The translations under genes were made by a program, and so were the position numbers. DNA of 64,000 bases from a virus: the IMG/VR virus record IMGVR_UViG_3300032334_001937, positions 32,001-96,000 of that record; one strand, given 5' to 3'. Under the pieces are notes generated by a model. It worked only from the letters and a program-made list of their open reading frames with translations. It searched no databases and was not told the origin of the DNA. Positions 37,665-48,128 of the stretch are shown in pieces. Within the stretch, counting starts at the first letter, position 1; each line of letters starts with the position of its first letter.

Positions 37665-39044
37665 TTAGTTATATAGGTCGGAGAATTTGAGGAAACGTCC
37701 GCCCCATAGGGATTTTTGAACTGGACTTTCATCCAATTCCTGCACGATCTCGCCTAGATCGCCAGACTTGCGGAAAGCTGTGTCCTTTTCTACGGAATCA
37801 ACTCGCTTTCCAATTTCATTAAAAGTACCCTTGATCTGATTTACATCAGTTGTTGTGGCATCAAGAGACTTCTTCATATTAGCAACTTCATCACTAAGTG
37901 ACTTAATTGTTGCTGTTAAATCGCTAAAGGCATTAGTAACAGATTCTTTGATATCAGAAATTGCAACTGCAATTACTTCGTCTGACTTAGGAGCCATTGG
38001 CTTCTTGTCTTCTGCTTCTTCATCCCCTGGCTTTTCAGTCGCAGCATCTGCAGCAGTTTCTTCATCAGATGGCTTTGCAGCTTTTTCTGTTGAATCTTCT
38101 TCAGTTGCATCAGACTTCTTGTCGCACTTGCATGCATCCATAGCCTTTCCACAATCTGGACATGTTGAAGCCTTTGTGACTTCCTGGGTATTAGCATCTG
38201 CCTCTGGAGCGACCTCTGACTTTGCTACTTCTACTGCTGCTTCTGTTTCAATAACTTCTGCAACTGCATCTGTGTTTTCTGTCATGGATTGTACCTCCTT
38301 GTTAATCTTAGAAGTATTAATGCCTTTAGCACTATCAACTAAGAATTTTATCATGTTTGTTTTTTCTGAGTCATTCTTTTCTACAAAACCAATGTTTTTC
38401 ATTTCGTTACCACTTACTGGGCTAACGTATGTTTCTTCATCAGAAGTTAGAACAATTCCTGTTTCTTCATCATAGAAAACATTTTCTACAACTACATCTG
38501 CAAGGTCTCCCTTAATTGTGTCTACTCCGTCAACCTTTTCAACTGACATAATGCTTGCGAACTGATTTGCTGGGGAGTCTACAAGACTCAACTCAACAAG
38601 ATCATAGTCCTTAATAACTCTAATTGTTTTATCTAGTTCTTCGTTATATGCGTCATCCCACTTATTCATTCTACCGCCGATAGAAAAACCAGTGTATGTT
38701 CCATCAAGAACTTTTTCCCATGCATCTGCTGCACCTTTTGAAATGTATGTAGAAACATAAATGCCTTTGTAAAACTTCTTTGACTCTGGATCAAAATACT
38801 TTTCTTCTTTAAAAGAAATCATCTTGCCAACTGCTGAAGGTTGATGCATTTCACGAATATTTCCACGGAACTTTGCAAAAGCGCTCATTGATGCTTCTGT
38901 TGTAACAATGTCATATTGCTTGTCAACATTGTCAAGGGAGGCAAAGCCAGACACAATTCTTTTCTCAATATCTACTTTTCCAAAGGGCATTGATAAGCGA
39001 ACATTGTCGCCGTCAGTGGTCCAAAAAGCCTTATTTATGTTCAT
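37665..39044 (-). CDS. prohead protease fused to scaffold
   Basis: VSGFAS, IREMHQ, GFSIGG, ELSLVDSPAN; acidic coiled-coil C half; likely start at 39044. Confidence 0.85.
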   Translation of the reverse strand: MNINKAFWTTDGDNVRLSMPFGKVDIEKRIVSGFASLDNVDKQYDIVTTEASMSAFAKFRGNIREMHQPSAVGKMISFKEEKYFDPESKKFYKGIYVSTYISKGAADAWEKVLDGTYTGFSIGGRMNKWDDAYNEELDKTIRVIKDYDLVELSLVDSPANQFASIMSVEKVDGVDTIKGDLADVVVENVFYDEETGIVLTSDEETYVSPVSGNEMKNIGFVEKNDSEKTNMIKFLVDSAKGINTSKINKEVQSMTENTDAVAEVIETEAAVEVAKSEVAPEADANTQEVTKASTCPDCGKAMDACKCDKKSDATEEDSTEKAAKPSDEETAADAATEKPGDEEAEDKKPMAPKSDEVIAVAISDIKESVTNAFSDLTATIKSLSDEVANMKKSLDATTTDVNQIKGTFNEIGKRVDSVEKDTAFRKSGDLGEIVQELDESPVQKSLWGGRFLKFSDLYN

Positions 39045-39085
39045 ATCGTAATCCATTATACCAAACTTTTATGTAGATTTCTCAA

Positions 39086-40720
39086 TTATTGAGACGCTCT
39101 ACCTTCACCCTTCGGATTACGTCCAGAGACTGTTGCAGGGCCATCTGATTGGTTATTTGTTCTTTCTGCATCTCTAGAACGATTGCCATTTGCTCTTGCA
39201 TCGGCAGCCTGCCTTGGACTTAACTCAAGAGGAGTATCTCCATGCTCTGCCTGTGGAAGATCAAGGATTTCACGAGCTTCATTAGGAAGCATAATCTGAT
39301 TCTTAACATAACGCTCAAGAATCTGTGACTGTGCAATCTCATCTGTAAGAGTAAGTTCGTTAAACTTAAACTGAAGAATATCTGTTCTTTCCTTAATAAT
39401 TTTGCTAATTACCTTCTCAAGATGCTGTTGTTCTGGACGAGAAACCTGCTCTTTAAATGTGCGATCTTGTGCTAATGCTGCAGCGATTGCTCCTGATTCT
39501 GAACCACCAAGCTTAGAAATTGGAACTTGATGAGCGATCAAAATATCATCACGATTCTGCTTACGGTATTCCTTAAATGAACCATCCTGAATTCCATTCT
39601 CAATTGGTTTCATATCAAACTCAACCTTAGAATGATCGTTATCACCAGGTAGTGGGATATACAAAGTTCTGTGTGACTGAGATTTTAGTCCTGTCTGTAG
39701 GAATCGGAACATCTTATCTTCAGCATCAGCCGATAGCTTGGCACCCTTAAGAGTAATTACATATCTTGGTACCGCTTTGTTTTCAAAATAATCAATGTTG
39801 TATTGTGAAGCAAGCTGGTCACCAATAAGTGATGGCAGCGCTGCGATAATATCTGGGACACCATAATAAGTGTTTAGTGGAGAGTAATCCTTGAAATGAA
39901 TAATTTCATTTGGACGATTATCTGCTGTCAGTGGGTTACGGTTAGTTGCTCCAAAATTACGGAAGTAAACAACCTTTGGCCCAATGATTTGAACATATCC
40001 ATCACGGATACGACGCACACGCATTGTTGTTGATGGAATGTGACCAATGTAACCAATCTCACCACTTACAGTTCTACCAACTTCCATATATCCATTACCA
40101 GTTGCCTGTAGGTCTGTATAAATTTTTTCCATTGTGCGAGTAAAACTGTCATCATCATTTAGTGATTCAAGCCAATCACGAAGTTCTAGTTTTGCTCTTT
40201 CAATGCGGTTACGTGCACGTGCTGTAGCAGCCTGATCTGAATTATTTTCAAGACTCATCATTGTGCGGTCTGTTACATCAAAACGATATCCAAGACCAAC
40301 AACATTTTCTACCTTTGCATCAATGGCAGCATGATTAGCAAAAGATGTATCATAAAAGTTAGCTAGTTCATACATATTGTATGGAGGAGTAATTACATCA
40401 AAAAGACCATAGCCATTTCGGTATACCAAACCAGGATTAATTGCTTTAGAGCCAGAATCCTTTAAGCCTTTTGGATCTGCATTTGCCGAATCAAGATATG
40501 GAACACTAAGAAGATCAATGTTTGCATTTGTTGCAAGATAGCCTTCTTGTGTCATTGCTTTGTTTACTTGTCTTGAAATACGACGCTTAACATTATCTTC
40601 AAGTCCCGTTAAAGATTTTAATTCTTCCCATGATTTATTAAATGGGTCACTGTTTTTAAATTGACTTTCTGGTTTTTCTGTTGTGCCAAGTCTGGCTTCT
40701 AGATAATCTTCGTTATTCAT
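39086..40720 (-). CDS. portal protein
   Basis: TGNGYMEV, EIIHFK, YYGVPD, YFENKAVP, PNEAREIL; likely start MNNEDYL. Confidence 0.9.
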   Translation of the reverse strand: MNNEDYLEARLGTTEKPESQFKNSDPFNKSWEELKSLTGLEDNVKRRISRQVNKAMTQEGYLATNANIDLLSVPYLDSANADPKGLKDSGSKAINPGLVYRNGYGLFDVITPPYNMYELANFYDTSFANHAAIDAKVENVVGLGYRFDVTDRTMMSLENNSDQAATARARNRIERAKLELRDWLESLNDDDSFTRTMEKIYTDLQATGNGYMEVGRTVSGEIGYIGHIPSTTMRVRRIRDGYVQIIGPKVVYFRNFGATNRNPLTADNRPNEIIHFKDYSPLNTYYGVPDIIAALPSLIGDQLASQYNIDYFENKAVPRYVITLKGAKLSADAEDKMFRFLQTGLKSQSHRTLYIPLPGDNDHSKVEFDMKPIENGIQDGSFKEYRKQNRDDILIAHQVPISKLGGSESGAIAAALAQDRTFKEQVSRPEQQHLEKVISKIIKERTDILQFKFNELTLTDEIAQSQILERYVKNQIMLPNEAREILDLPQAEHGDTPLELSPRQAADARANGNRSRDAERTNNQSDGPATVSGRNPKGEGRASQ

Positions 40721-41108
40721 CAAACGCTGCCCCGCCTGCTTTATTAAGAGTTTGCTGTGCTGCATGCCATGCGCCAAGATCGTTCATGGAAGGAATTAAT
40801 CCAGCTTTCATGCGATCTATTTGCTCAGAATGCTCTTCATCAGTGATTCTTGTAAGACCAGGAACAAAAACTGCTTCTCCATCACCTTCATCACCATAAT
40901 GCTTAGCTGCTGCCTTAAGTTCTGCAATTTTAGTTAGATCATTACGCATTGACTCAATGTTTAGTACATTCCCACTGCCGTCCGTAAACCACTTGCCATT
41001 TGACTTCTTGTACACATATAGACCCCAGTTATACTTCTTTTCAATAACTTGTCTACGTACATTTTTGACAATTGGTTCGCCAGTTTCAGGGTTGATTAAA
41101 GAATCCAT
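40713..41108 (-). CDS. hypothetical protein upstream of portal
   Basis: Overlaps the portal start; leaderless start at 41108, 7 nt after TGGTATACT. Confidence 0.6.
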   Translation of the reverse strand: MDSLINPETGEPIVKNVRRQVIEKKYNWGLYVYKKSNGKWFTDGSGNVLNIESMRNDLTKIAELKAAAKHYGDEGDGEAVFVPGLTRITDEEHSEQIDRMKAGLIPSMNDLGAWHAAQQTLNKAGGAAFDE

Positions 41109-41161
41109 AACCATCAGTATACCATATTCCCCACTAAATAAGTATTTAAAGAACCACTATT

Positions 41162-43195
41162 TTAGTAAAACTTAATTTCGCAGGCATCTGTTGAGCAATA
41201 TGCCTCACCTGCTGCTTCAAGGTTTTCTACTCCATCATAAATAGCGGACCAGTCAATTTTACCAATCTTGCCAACATATGAGTTATATTCTTCACGTGTG
41301 ATTTCTGTATATGGCTGCTGAGGATAAGTTTTATTTCCCATTGGAAGAAAAGAAACTGCCTTTAGCTGACCCTCATACATATTAAGTGCTGGAGCGACAA
41401 ACTTCTTTTCTTCTTCCTTGTCAAATGAGAGTGTTACAGAAACACCATTATCTGACCAGTACTTCTGAGCGGTTGCTGCCAAACCAATCTTTTCAAATAG
41501 GCTAACCTGCTTCTCAGAACGTTTATGTCCTGATGCTACTGGGAAATATACTACTTGAGTATTTGCTGATACTAGATCTGGTTCAACTTTATATCCCGCT
41601 GCTTTAAACAAATGAAGCATTGGATCAGTATCTCCAAAACGAATAGCACGAAGATAGAATTCTCCACCAGGTCCCCAGTGAACTCCAGGTGTAGCACCAG
41701 AAAGAAGCGATACAGATCCTGATGGCTTAACTGTTGTCACACGAACTGATTCACGAACACAAAGCCATTCTGAATACTGATGATCATATTTACGAATTGT
41801 TGAGTAACCCTCATCCATCCATTCACGAGTTGTTGGCAAACCATGTTCGTCAGCAAAAGCAGCAATTCCTGTAAGGGATGTACCAATGCGACGATTGCGT
41901 TGCATAATTCCGTTTGTAACTGGCCAATGTGTTGGCATAAGAGTAACAGTCTTTCCATACAAATATGCAAACTTAAGAGTCTTCAAAAAGTCTTCTTTTG
42001 ACTCATGGCGATTAAGGTGAACCTCTACAAGGGTACAAAGTTCATACGATTCAAGTGGCTGCTCTGCACATGGATTAAATCCCATAATACGAGCATCTTT
42101 ATAATCTGGAGCATCTGCAAGGCGACCATAGTCACGTGCAACCCCTAGCCAGATAAAACCTGGCTCTCCGTTGTCTGCAATTAAATCTACATAATCTTCA
42201 TACTTAGTTCCAACTTCAGCAGCAATAGAGTTATTACTCATCCATGCCCAACCTGGTTTTTCTGGATCATAGGAGTTTCTTTCTGGGAAGACTTCTGGAT
42301 TTTTAAGATTAATAAAGCCATCATCTTCTGGTGTACCCAAAGCAAGAGTTGCAGAACGACGAACATTTCCAGAAACAACACATGTTCCAATAAGGTTTAC
42401 GATATCTACAATTGCACGGCTATCAAGCATATCTCCTGCTCTAGAGCCCACAACATTGCGAATGCGTGTATGGAGATCAATAAGTGGCGCTGGACCGCTT
42501 GCAACGCCTCCAAAGCCCTTAATAGGGGCTCCTAGAGGGCGGATAAGGTCATAGTTAAACTCTTGAATTGGTTGGTTCTGGCGTAAAAATGAATTAATCA
42601 AAAGGCGTACAGATTCTACCCATCCTTCACGGGTATCTGGAATTTCATAGGTAGATACTGGTTCATTAGGAGCATAAATAGACATTTGCTTATCTTGTCC
42701 AAGAGTATCAAATCCTACTCCAATACCCAGCATTAATGCATCCATAACCCAAGCAAATAATGCACCTGGATCATTGCGGTCAATGTCACGAGTAGAAACC
42801 ATTGCACAGTTTTGGAGGGAAGCAGAGTTACGCTTTTCCATAGTCATAGGTGTACCGAATGCCCAAAGACCACGACCTGGTGGTGTCCACTTCAATTCAA
42901 ACATTCTCTGGAAAGCTTCCTGAGCAGACTTCTGTGCCTTGTTATCATTCCATGGAAGACGATTGTCTTTAGCATGGTTCTTCTGAACTGAATACATACC
43001 CTCAATTACACGACGGCAAACTTCATGCCAGCGTTCCTTAGTTCCATCTTCCTTAACACGAGAATATGTACGAATAAATGTAATCTCTCCAAGTGAGTTA
43101 GATCCTGCATCTTGAAATCCAAAAGGACTTGGAGCGTTGTTATATTTATTTACAAATTCATCGGAAAGACGAAAAGAGAATACTGTATCTGACAT
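41162..43195 (-). CDS. nrdJ: class II (adenosylcobalamin) ribonucleoside-triphosphate reductase
   Basis: PPGRGLW, SLQNCA, GNVRRSA, FNPCAEQ, TTVKPSG, C-terminal CSTDAC; no beta-subunit gene nearby. Confidence 0.9.
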   Translation of the reverse strand: MSDTVFSFRLSDEFVNKYNNAPSPFGFQDAGSNSLGEITFIRTYSRVKEDGTKERWHEVCRRVIEGMYSVQKNHAKDNRLPWNDNKAQKSAQEAFQRMFELKWTPPGRGLWAFGTPMTMEKRNSASLQNCAMVSTRDIDRNDPGALFAWVMDALMLGIGVGFDTLGQDKQMSIYAPNEPVSTYEIPDTREGWVESVRLLINSFLRQNQPIQEFNYDLIRPLGAPIKGFGGVASGPAPLIDLHTRIRNVVGSRAGDMLDSRAIVDIVNLIGTCVVSGNVRRSATLALGTPEDDGFINLKNPEVFPERNSYDPEKPGWAWMSNNSIAAEVGTKYEDYVDLIADNGEPGFIWLGVARDYGRLADAPDYKDARIMGFNPCAEQPLESYELCTLVEVHLNRHESKEDFLKTLKFAYLYGKTVTLMPTHWPVTNGIMQRNRRIGTSLTGIAAFADEHGLPTTREWMDEGYSTIRKYDHQYSEWLCVRESVRVTTVKPSGSVSLLSGATPGVHWGPGGEFYLRAIRFGDTDPMLHLFKAAGYKVEPDLVSANTQVVYFPVASGHKRSEKQVSLFEKIGLAATAQKYWSDNGVSVTLSFDKEEEKKFVAPALNMYEGQLKAVSFLPMGNKTYPQQPYTEITREEYNSYVGKIGKIDWSAIYDGVENLEAAGEAYCSTDACEIKFY

Positions 43196-43280
43196 TTATT
43201 TACCTTTCATAGCAAAAATAAGTTAAGTACTTTGTAAATTCCAAAGTAGTTCCTAAGTATAGCACAGTTTAAAAAGAAAA

Positions 43281-43301
43281 ACACGCTCACAAAGAGCGTG
43301 T
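43281..43301 (-). terminator. intrinsic terminator ending the oxygenase operon
   Basis: ACACGCTC-N5-GAGCGTGT hairpin followed on the minus strand by TTTTCTTTTT. Confidence 0.8.
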
Positions 43302-43351
43302 CAATCTATAGTTTATAGTTAGTACTTTTGCAAAACAAAAGTAGTCTTACA

Positions 43352-43981
43352 TTATGAGATCCAGTGGTTTGGAACCATATACTTTAGTCCACTCTTAACA
43401 AGGTGTGCTGTATGATGGTAAGGTGGTGATGGCGGAAATACAATAATGCTTCCTGCTTTTGGTTTTACAGCAAATGTATAATTTCCAGTTCTTTCTGCTT
43501 CAGCAAAATCTGGGGTTGGTCCTGCTTGCTGCAAAATTCCATCAGGAGAAGAAATAGTAAATGATATTTCTCCGCCCTCATAATCATCATTAAGGTACAT
43601 GACAAAAGAAACCTTTAGTCTTTCATCTCCTTCTTGCTGATCAAAGTGAGCGCCCATAAATGTACCAGGTTCATATCTTTTTATTGGGTACATAGGAAAT
43701 AGCTTTGGCTCATCTGTAATTCCTTGTGCAGCTGCATAGTCTTTTGCTACAACATCAAAGGCATCTCTAATTGTATTATAGATATAGTTATTTTTTTCAT
43801 CATCATTCTCTGGAGTATAGATGGTCTTGTCTGTTCCATACACATAGTGCTGTCCACTACAGGCCATCCATTCACCCCAGGGATCTTCATTATCTTTGTC
43901 AATTGCCTCAACAAGTTTTTGAGGGTCTTGAATTACGTTTGTGTAATAGTAGACCTTTTCTTCAAGTATTTCTCTTTCCAT
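43352..43981 (-). CDS. 2OG-Fe(II) oxygenase, P4H-like (Lys type)
   Basis: HFD...YLNDDYEGGEI...HTAH...GLKY. Confidence 0.85.
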   Translation of the reverse strand: MEREILEEKVYYYTNVIQDPQKLVEAIDKDNEDPWGEWMACSGQHYVYGTDKTIYTPENDDEKNNYIYNTIRDAFDVVAKDYAAAQGITDEPKLFPMYPIKRYEPGTFMGAHFDQQEGDERLKVSFVMYLNDDYEGGEISFTISSPDGILQQAGPTPDFAEAERTGNYTFAVKPKAGSIIVFPPSPPYHHTAHLVKSGLKYMVPNHWIS

Positions 43982-43992
43982 TTTATATCTCC

Positions 43993-44652
43993 TTAGTATC
44001 TATTCTTTTCGTAGTGATCTTTTTCTCTAATGAAACCTACTATGACATATCTTATTGGTCCATCACCAACAAATCTTACTCCGTGTTCATATTTTTCAGT
44101 TCCTGGAAAAACCAATAAAGAACCTGGTTTTGGCTTTAGTTCTATGTCAAGATGTTCAAAGAAAAGTTCTCCATCTACATAGTCATCATTTAAATAAAGA
44201 ATTGTTGCATAGCGAATTGAGGGGTCTGTGTGCTGATCTGTATGTGATTTTAATTGAACCTTTTCCTGCATTCTTTGCATAGTTCCAAATCCACCAAGCT
44301 CTAAGCTGTCATCTAATTGTTTAACTAAAGAGTTTACTCTAGTATGAATTGTTCCAGTTACTTCATATTCAGTAATCTGCAAATTTTTATCATTCCAGTT
44401 TTTAGTAATTTCAAACTTACCTTCTGCAACTAAGTTATCAACATCATCTCTTCCAAACTTTTCAAGACAAAATCTTTTTAAGTTTTTTACATACTCTATT
44501 GACCAGTCTTCTTCTGGTCTTGTATTAATAATATCCCATAAAGATGCAAGTTCTTCTTTAGACAAAAAATCCTCTACAAGCAAAATTTCATCGTCAATAT
44601 CTGTACATTTAAAGTTATTTTTTTCAAATGACTCTTTTAAAAAATTAGACAT
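43993..44652 (-). CDS. 2OG-Fe(II) oxygenase, P4H-like (Arg type)
   Basis: HTD...YLNDDYVDGEL...HGV...IRY. Confidence 0.85.
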   Translation of the reverse strand: MSNFLKESFEKNNFKCTDIDDEILLVEDFLSKEELASLWDIINTRPEEDWSIEYVKNLKRFCLEKFGRDDVDNLVAEGKFEITKNWNDKNLQITEYEVTGTIHTRVNSLVKQLDDSLELGGFGTMQRMQEKVQLKSHTDQHTDPSIRYATILYLNDDYVDGELFFEHLDIELKPKPGSLLVFPGTEKYEHGVRFVGDGPIRYVIVGFIREKDHYEKNRY

Positions 44653-45403
44653 TATTCTCCAGATCCTCTATCTTGTACCTATTACCACTAGCATCTATTT
44701 TATACCCTTGTTTGATGAGCTCTTGCCATTCTGCTCTTTCAATCTCTTGCTTTGCCCTAGTTTCTTTCATTTCTGCTGCCCAAGCATCTCTTACCTCTTG
44801 TGGGTATGCAGATTCTTCTCTATCATCCCAGAAAGATCCGATTGTATATCTAATACCCTTGGTGATTAAAGAAACTTCATGCATATTATTAAAACCACCA
44901 TCAAATACTGCAAGCATTCCAACTTTAGGCTTAATTTCTATATCTTGATCTGGAAATTTTAAAAGTCCACCCTCAAAATCATCATTAAGGTATAAAAATC
45001 CTGCATATCTGCTTCTTGTAAATGCTCCAGAATTTCCATGCTCGTCTGTGTTGTCGGAGTGAATTCTTGCATATGCTCCTGGCTCCCATTTTTGAGTATG
45101 ATATCCAATCTTACAAATTGTTTTTGGATCAAGGTCGTGTACTGAAGCAATGGCTTCTGGCATAACTTTCTCAATATCAGAAAACATTGTAGGTGAAAGT
45201 CCAGCATCTAAAACTTCTTGATCATTATCTTGTGGAGTTACAGAAGAATATGATTCATAAAAAGATATTGGCATCCAAGAAAGCTTGCCGTTATGTGCTT
45301 GAGCATCTAGTGCTTGAATCATTTTTTTACAGTTTTCTTCAGAAATAAAGTTTTCGTAAACAACTATATCCTTTGTGATTCTTTTTTTATTATCTAGGTT
45401 CAT
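44645..45403 (-). CDS. 2OG-Fe(II) oxygenase, P4H-like (Arg type)
   Basis: HSD...YLNDDFEGG...HEV...GIRY. Confidence 0.85.
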   Translation of the reverse strand: MNLDNKKRITKDIVVYENFISEENCKKMIQALDAQAHNGKLSWMPISFYESYSSVTPQDNDQEVLDAGLSPTMFSDIEKVMPEAIASVHDLDPKTICKIGYHTQKWEPGAYARIHSDNTDEHGNSGAFTRSRYAGFLYLNDDFEGGLLKFPDQDIEIKPKVGMLAVFDGGFNNMHEVSLITKGIRYTIGSFWDDREESAYPQEVRDAWAAEMKETRAKQEIERAEWQELIKQGYKIDASGNRYKIEDLENNV

Positions 45404-46260
45404 CTTATTCTTCTCTCTTTGTCGGCATTAATTTTATTTGGATTCTTTTTTCTAAATTCTTCCATAATCTCTGACCATTCTTTGGCCCACTCTTCTTTTC
45501 CATAGTCAGCTTCTCTTTTGAGCCACATCTTGTCGCCAACTTCATACTTCATCCAGTACATTCTGGATAGATATTTTTTTGCTCCTCTTGGTGGGAGCAC
45601 TCCATGAATATAAACCTGATCATTTTTAGTCAATACATCTGGGTGGCCAGAAGGGAAAAGTAAGTAATCTCCAGCCTCTGGCTTATACATGTAGGCTTCA
45701 CCATCAACAATAAAATCAATCTCTCCACCCTCATAGTCATCATTAAAGTAAGCTAAAGCAGTTATAGCAAATTTATATCCTGGTGTTACCATTGGTTCTC
45801 TTACGTAGTCGGAATGATATGTCATTGCTACTGGATCTTCTATATCTTCTCTATATCTTGCTATTGACGGCCCATTGGTTTTCCATAATTTTACAGTATC
45901 ACCTTCATGGGTTGTGACCATTGCATCTTTATCAAAATCAACACTATTTCTAGATATATAGTCTTCAGTTGCTAAATAAAAGTTTTCAAAAAGTTCTACC
46001 ATTGCAGCTTTTTGCTCTTCGTCTTTTTCTGTTGCTGCTTCTACACTTTTAATTTCTTCTATGCTCATGGCACCTGGGCAACCTTTAAATAATGGATTAA
46101 GGTACTCTCCAAAACCAGACCATTGTGACCAAGGGCTAAGTATTGCATCTTTATCTTCATCTTTTAGGATTGAGAATGTTTTTGAAATATCTTTAAACAG
46201 ATTTTTATAAACAAATATCTTAGGATATATTTCAATACAGTCTAAAACCTTTTCTTTCAC
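45400..46260 (-). CDS. 2OG-Fe(II) oxygenase, P4H-like (Lys type)
   Basis: HSD...YFNDDYEGGEI...HGV...KKY. Confidence 0.85.
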   Translation of the reverse strand: MKEKVLDCIEIYPKIFVYKNLFKDISKTFSILKDEDKDAILSPWSQWSGFGEYLNPLFKGCPGAMSIEEIKSVEAATEKDEEQKAAMVELFENFYLATEDYISRNSVDFDKDAMVTTHEGDTVKLWKTNGPSIARYREDIEDPVAMTYHSDYVREPMVTPGYKFAITALAYFNDDYEGGEIDFIVDGEAYMYKPEAGDYLLFPSGHPDVLTKNDQVYIHGVLPPRGAKKYLSRMYWMKYEVGDKMWLKREADYGKEEWAKEWSEIMEEFRKKNPNKINADKERRIR

Positions 46261-46931
46261 GGCTTTCTATCTCCCGTATGCTCTGTAATTTCCCAGAAGA
46301 ACGGGCATGTATATCTAATACCACTCTTGATCTCTGTTACTCCATGGATATAGTTTTTATCCCCTGGGAAGAAATATGCTGCACCCTTTTTGGGCTTGAA
46401 CTGTACACCCTGTAATGGGAAGTATAGCTCTCCGCCTTCGTAGTCTTCATTCAAATAGAATAGGCTTGAAAGATCATAGTTTGGGAAATCATTAGGCAAG
46501 CCAGCATCTGGTCCCTCATGAAGTTCTTTATCTGCGTGAGGTTTTTGAAATTGTCCTGGAAGCCATCTAACAATAGTTGTTCCAGTAGGTGTAACCTTTA
46601 CCTTGTAGAACTCTTCAACAATTGGCTTTAGTCTTTGAAACAATCCTGCAATTACAGGAGCAATAGCTGGATCATTTTTATCTAATGTTGGACTAGTCGC
46701 TACTCTGTCTTTCCAATAATCTGAATCGTATACAACAGTTCCGTTTTCATTTACGTGACTCTGTGTTACATCCCAAATAGTTATAGACTTTGCAGCCTTT
46801 TCTAAAAAATCAATTTCTTCTTGTGTCATAAAGTTTTCTAGTTCAATAATCATTTCTTTTCCATTGCCAAACCAGCCCGAAGGGGTCATTGATGGTTTTC
46901 TAACTACTACTGAGGCATCCATATTATCCAT
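46257..46931 (-). CDS. 2OG-Fe(II) oxygenase, P4H-like (Arg type)
   Basis: HAD...YLNEDYEGGEL...HGV...GIRY; leaderless promoter 6 nt upstream. Confidence 0.85.
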   Translation of the reverse strand: MDNMDASVVVRKPSMTPSGWFGNGKEMIIELENFMTQEEIDFLEKAAKSITIWDVTQSHVNENGTVVYDSDYWKDRVATSPTLDKNDPAIAPVIAGLFQRLKPIVEEFYKVKVTPTGTTIVRWLPGQFQKPHADKELHEGPDAGLPNDFPNYDLSSLFYLNEDYEGGELYFPLQGVQFKPKKGAAYFFPGDKNYIHGVTEIKSGIRYTCPFFWEITEHTGDRKP

Positions 46932-46959
46932 AATAGCATTATATCATAGGCAAAAAATC

Positions 46960-47415
46960 CTATAATTCCCTTTCTATTTCTAGTTGTTTTAAAAATCTTT
47001 CTGGATTAAATCTCCAGTTATCTTTTGCAAAAGAAGTTACAATCTTGATACAAACATCTTCATAGTCTTCTTTTTTTAGCTTATTTTTAAGCCCATAAAG
47101 TGCATCAACTGTGTCTATATAGTTTTGCCTAACAAAAGATGGATCTCCCGCATGATTTCTTTTTAGCACTTTTGTTGTAACTTTTCCAGAAGGTTCGTAC
47201 AAAGAAACAGTTAAAAACTCTTTTGCAAAACCAGCATCCTGATACATTTCATATCCTTCTAAAGCTTGGCTTAAGCTATCAAAAGATATAATAGATCTTA
47301 CTGGCTTTTCACCATCTCTGGCAACAGTTATAATGTAATGACTTATTTTACCTAGCTTACAGTTTTCCACATATTCATTGACTATATCTGTGTGTATTGA
47401 GTTTAATTCACTCAT
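46960..47415 (-). CDS. hypothetical protein in modification cluster
   Basis: 151-aa ORF coupled to the upstream gene; no motif recognised. Confidence 0.6.
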   Translation of the reverse strand: MSELNSIHTDIVNEYVENCKLGKISHYIITVARDGEKPVRSIISFDSLSQALEGYEMYQDAGFAKEFLTVSLYEPSGKVTTKVLKRNHAGDPSFVRQNYIDTVDALYGLKNKLKKEDYEDVCIKIVTSFAKDNWRFNPERFLKQLEIEREL

Positions 47416-48128
47416 TATCTACCGTGGCCTGTTTGATCATCTACAAAAAGCTTTAAGGTTTTTACTTCATGAGAACCAAGAGATTCTTGTTTTTCATTAA
47501 CAGCATTTCTGTACCAATCTGTCCACTGACCACCAGAATTTACAACTTGTGCTGCTTCACCATAAGCTTTATTTGCTTCTACTCTTTTTCTATCTTCGTC
47601 CTTATAGTCAAAGATATTAATTACTGTATTGTTTAGGTTAGTCAGTGATATAGGAATCAACGTTGCAATTGGAGTTCCTGCCTTAATAACAACTTTTTTA
47701 TTTGCTACTTTTGCCTTAATTGCTAAGGGTAGTGGGTTATCATAAAAAGATGTACTTATTAAAGAAGACATAGTTTCAAACTCATCACTAAAATAATTTA
47801 CTGGATTAATAGAAAAAATGCTAACGTCTTGATCTGTTTTAAATATTAATCCAGTACTTAAACTTACAGAGGATTGCCCTCTTCCAGAGTATGCTGTTTT
47901 TGGATTAAATATTTCTACACGATCAGGCGTTTGATCATTAACTCCATCCCAAATAAACTCAATGTCTTCTTTGCAGGACAGACTATATCCAATAACATTT
48001 GCCTGTGTTACAGGGAAACATCTATATGCGTGATTTTCAGAAGTTTCATCCATCCAGTCTCTTTTAATTGACATTGAAGATATCTCAAAAATACAGTCTG
48101 GAGTTTTTTCAACTGAAATATTAAACAT
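47415..48128 (-). CDS. DUF6065-like protein (dUTPase-like fold)
   Basis: RDWMDET...HAYRCFPVTQANVIGY and IKAGTPIATLIP motifs. Confidence 0.65.
   Translation of the reverse strand: MFNISVEKTPDCIFEISSMSIKRDWMDETSENHAYRCFPVTQANVIGYSLSCKEDIEFIWDGVNDQTPDRVEIFNPKTAYSGRGQSSVSLSTGLIFKTDQDVSIFSINPVNYFSDEFETMSSLISTSFYDNPLPLAIKAKVANKKVVIKAGTPIATLIPISLTNLNNTVINIFDYKDEDRKRVEANKAYGEAAQVVNSGGQWTDWYRNAVNEKQESLGSHEVKTLKLFVDDQTGHGR

Noticed and set aside
40713-41114. Terminase next to the portal
   Set aside because: No Walker A/nuclease terminase ORF in the window; the small upstream gene lacks recognisable TerS features
4141-43195. Inteins or introns in dnaE, dnaB or nrdJ
   Set aside because: Protein lengths are normal and no intein splice or homing-endonuclease motifs were seen
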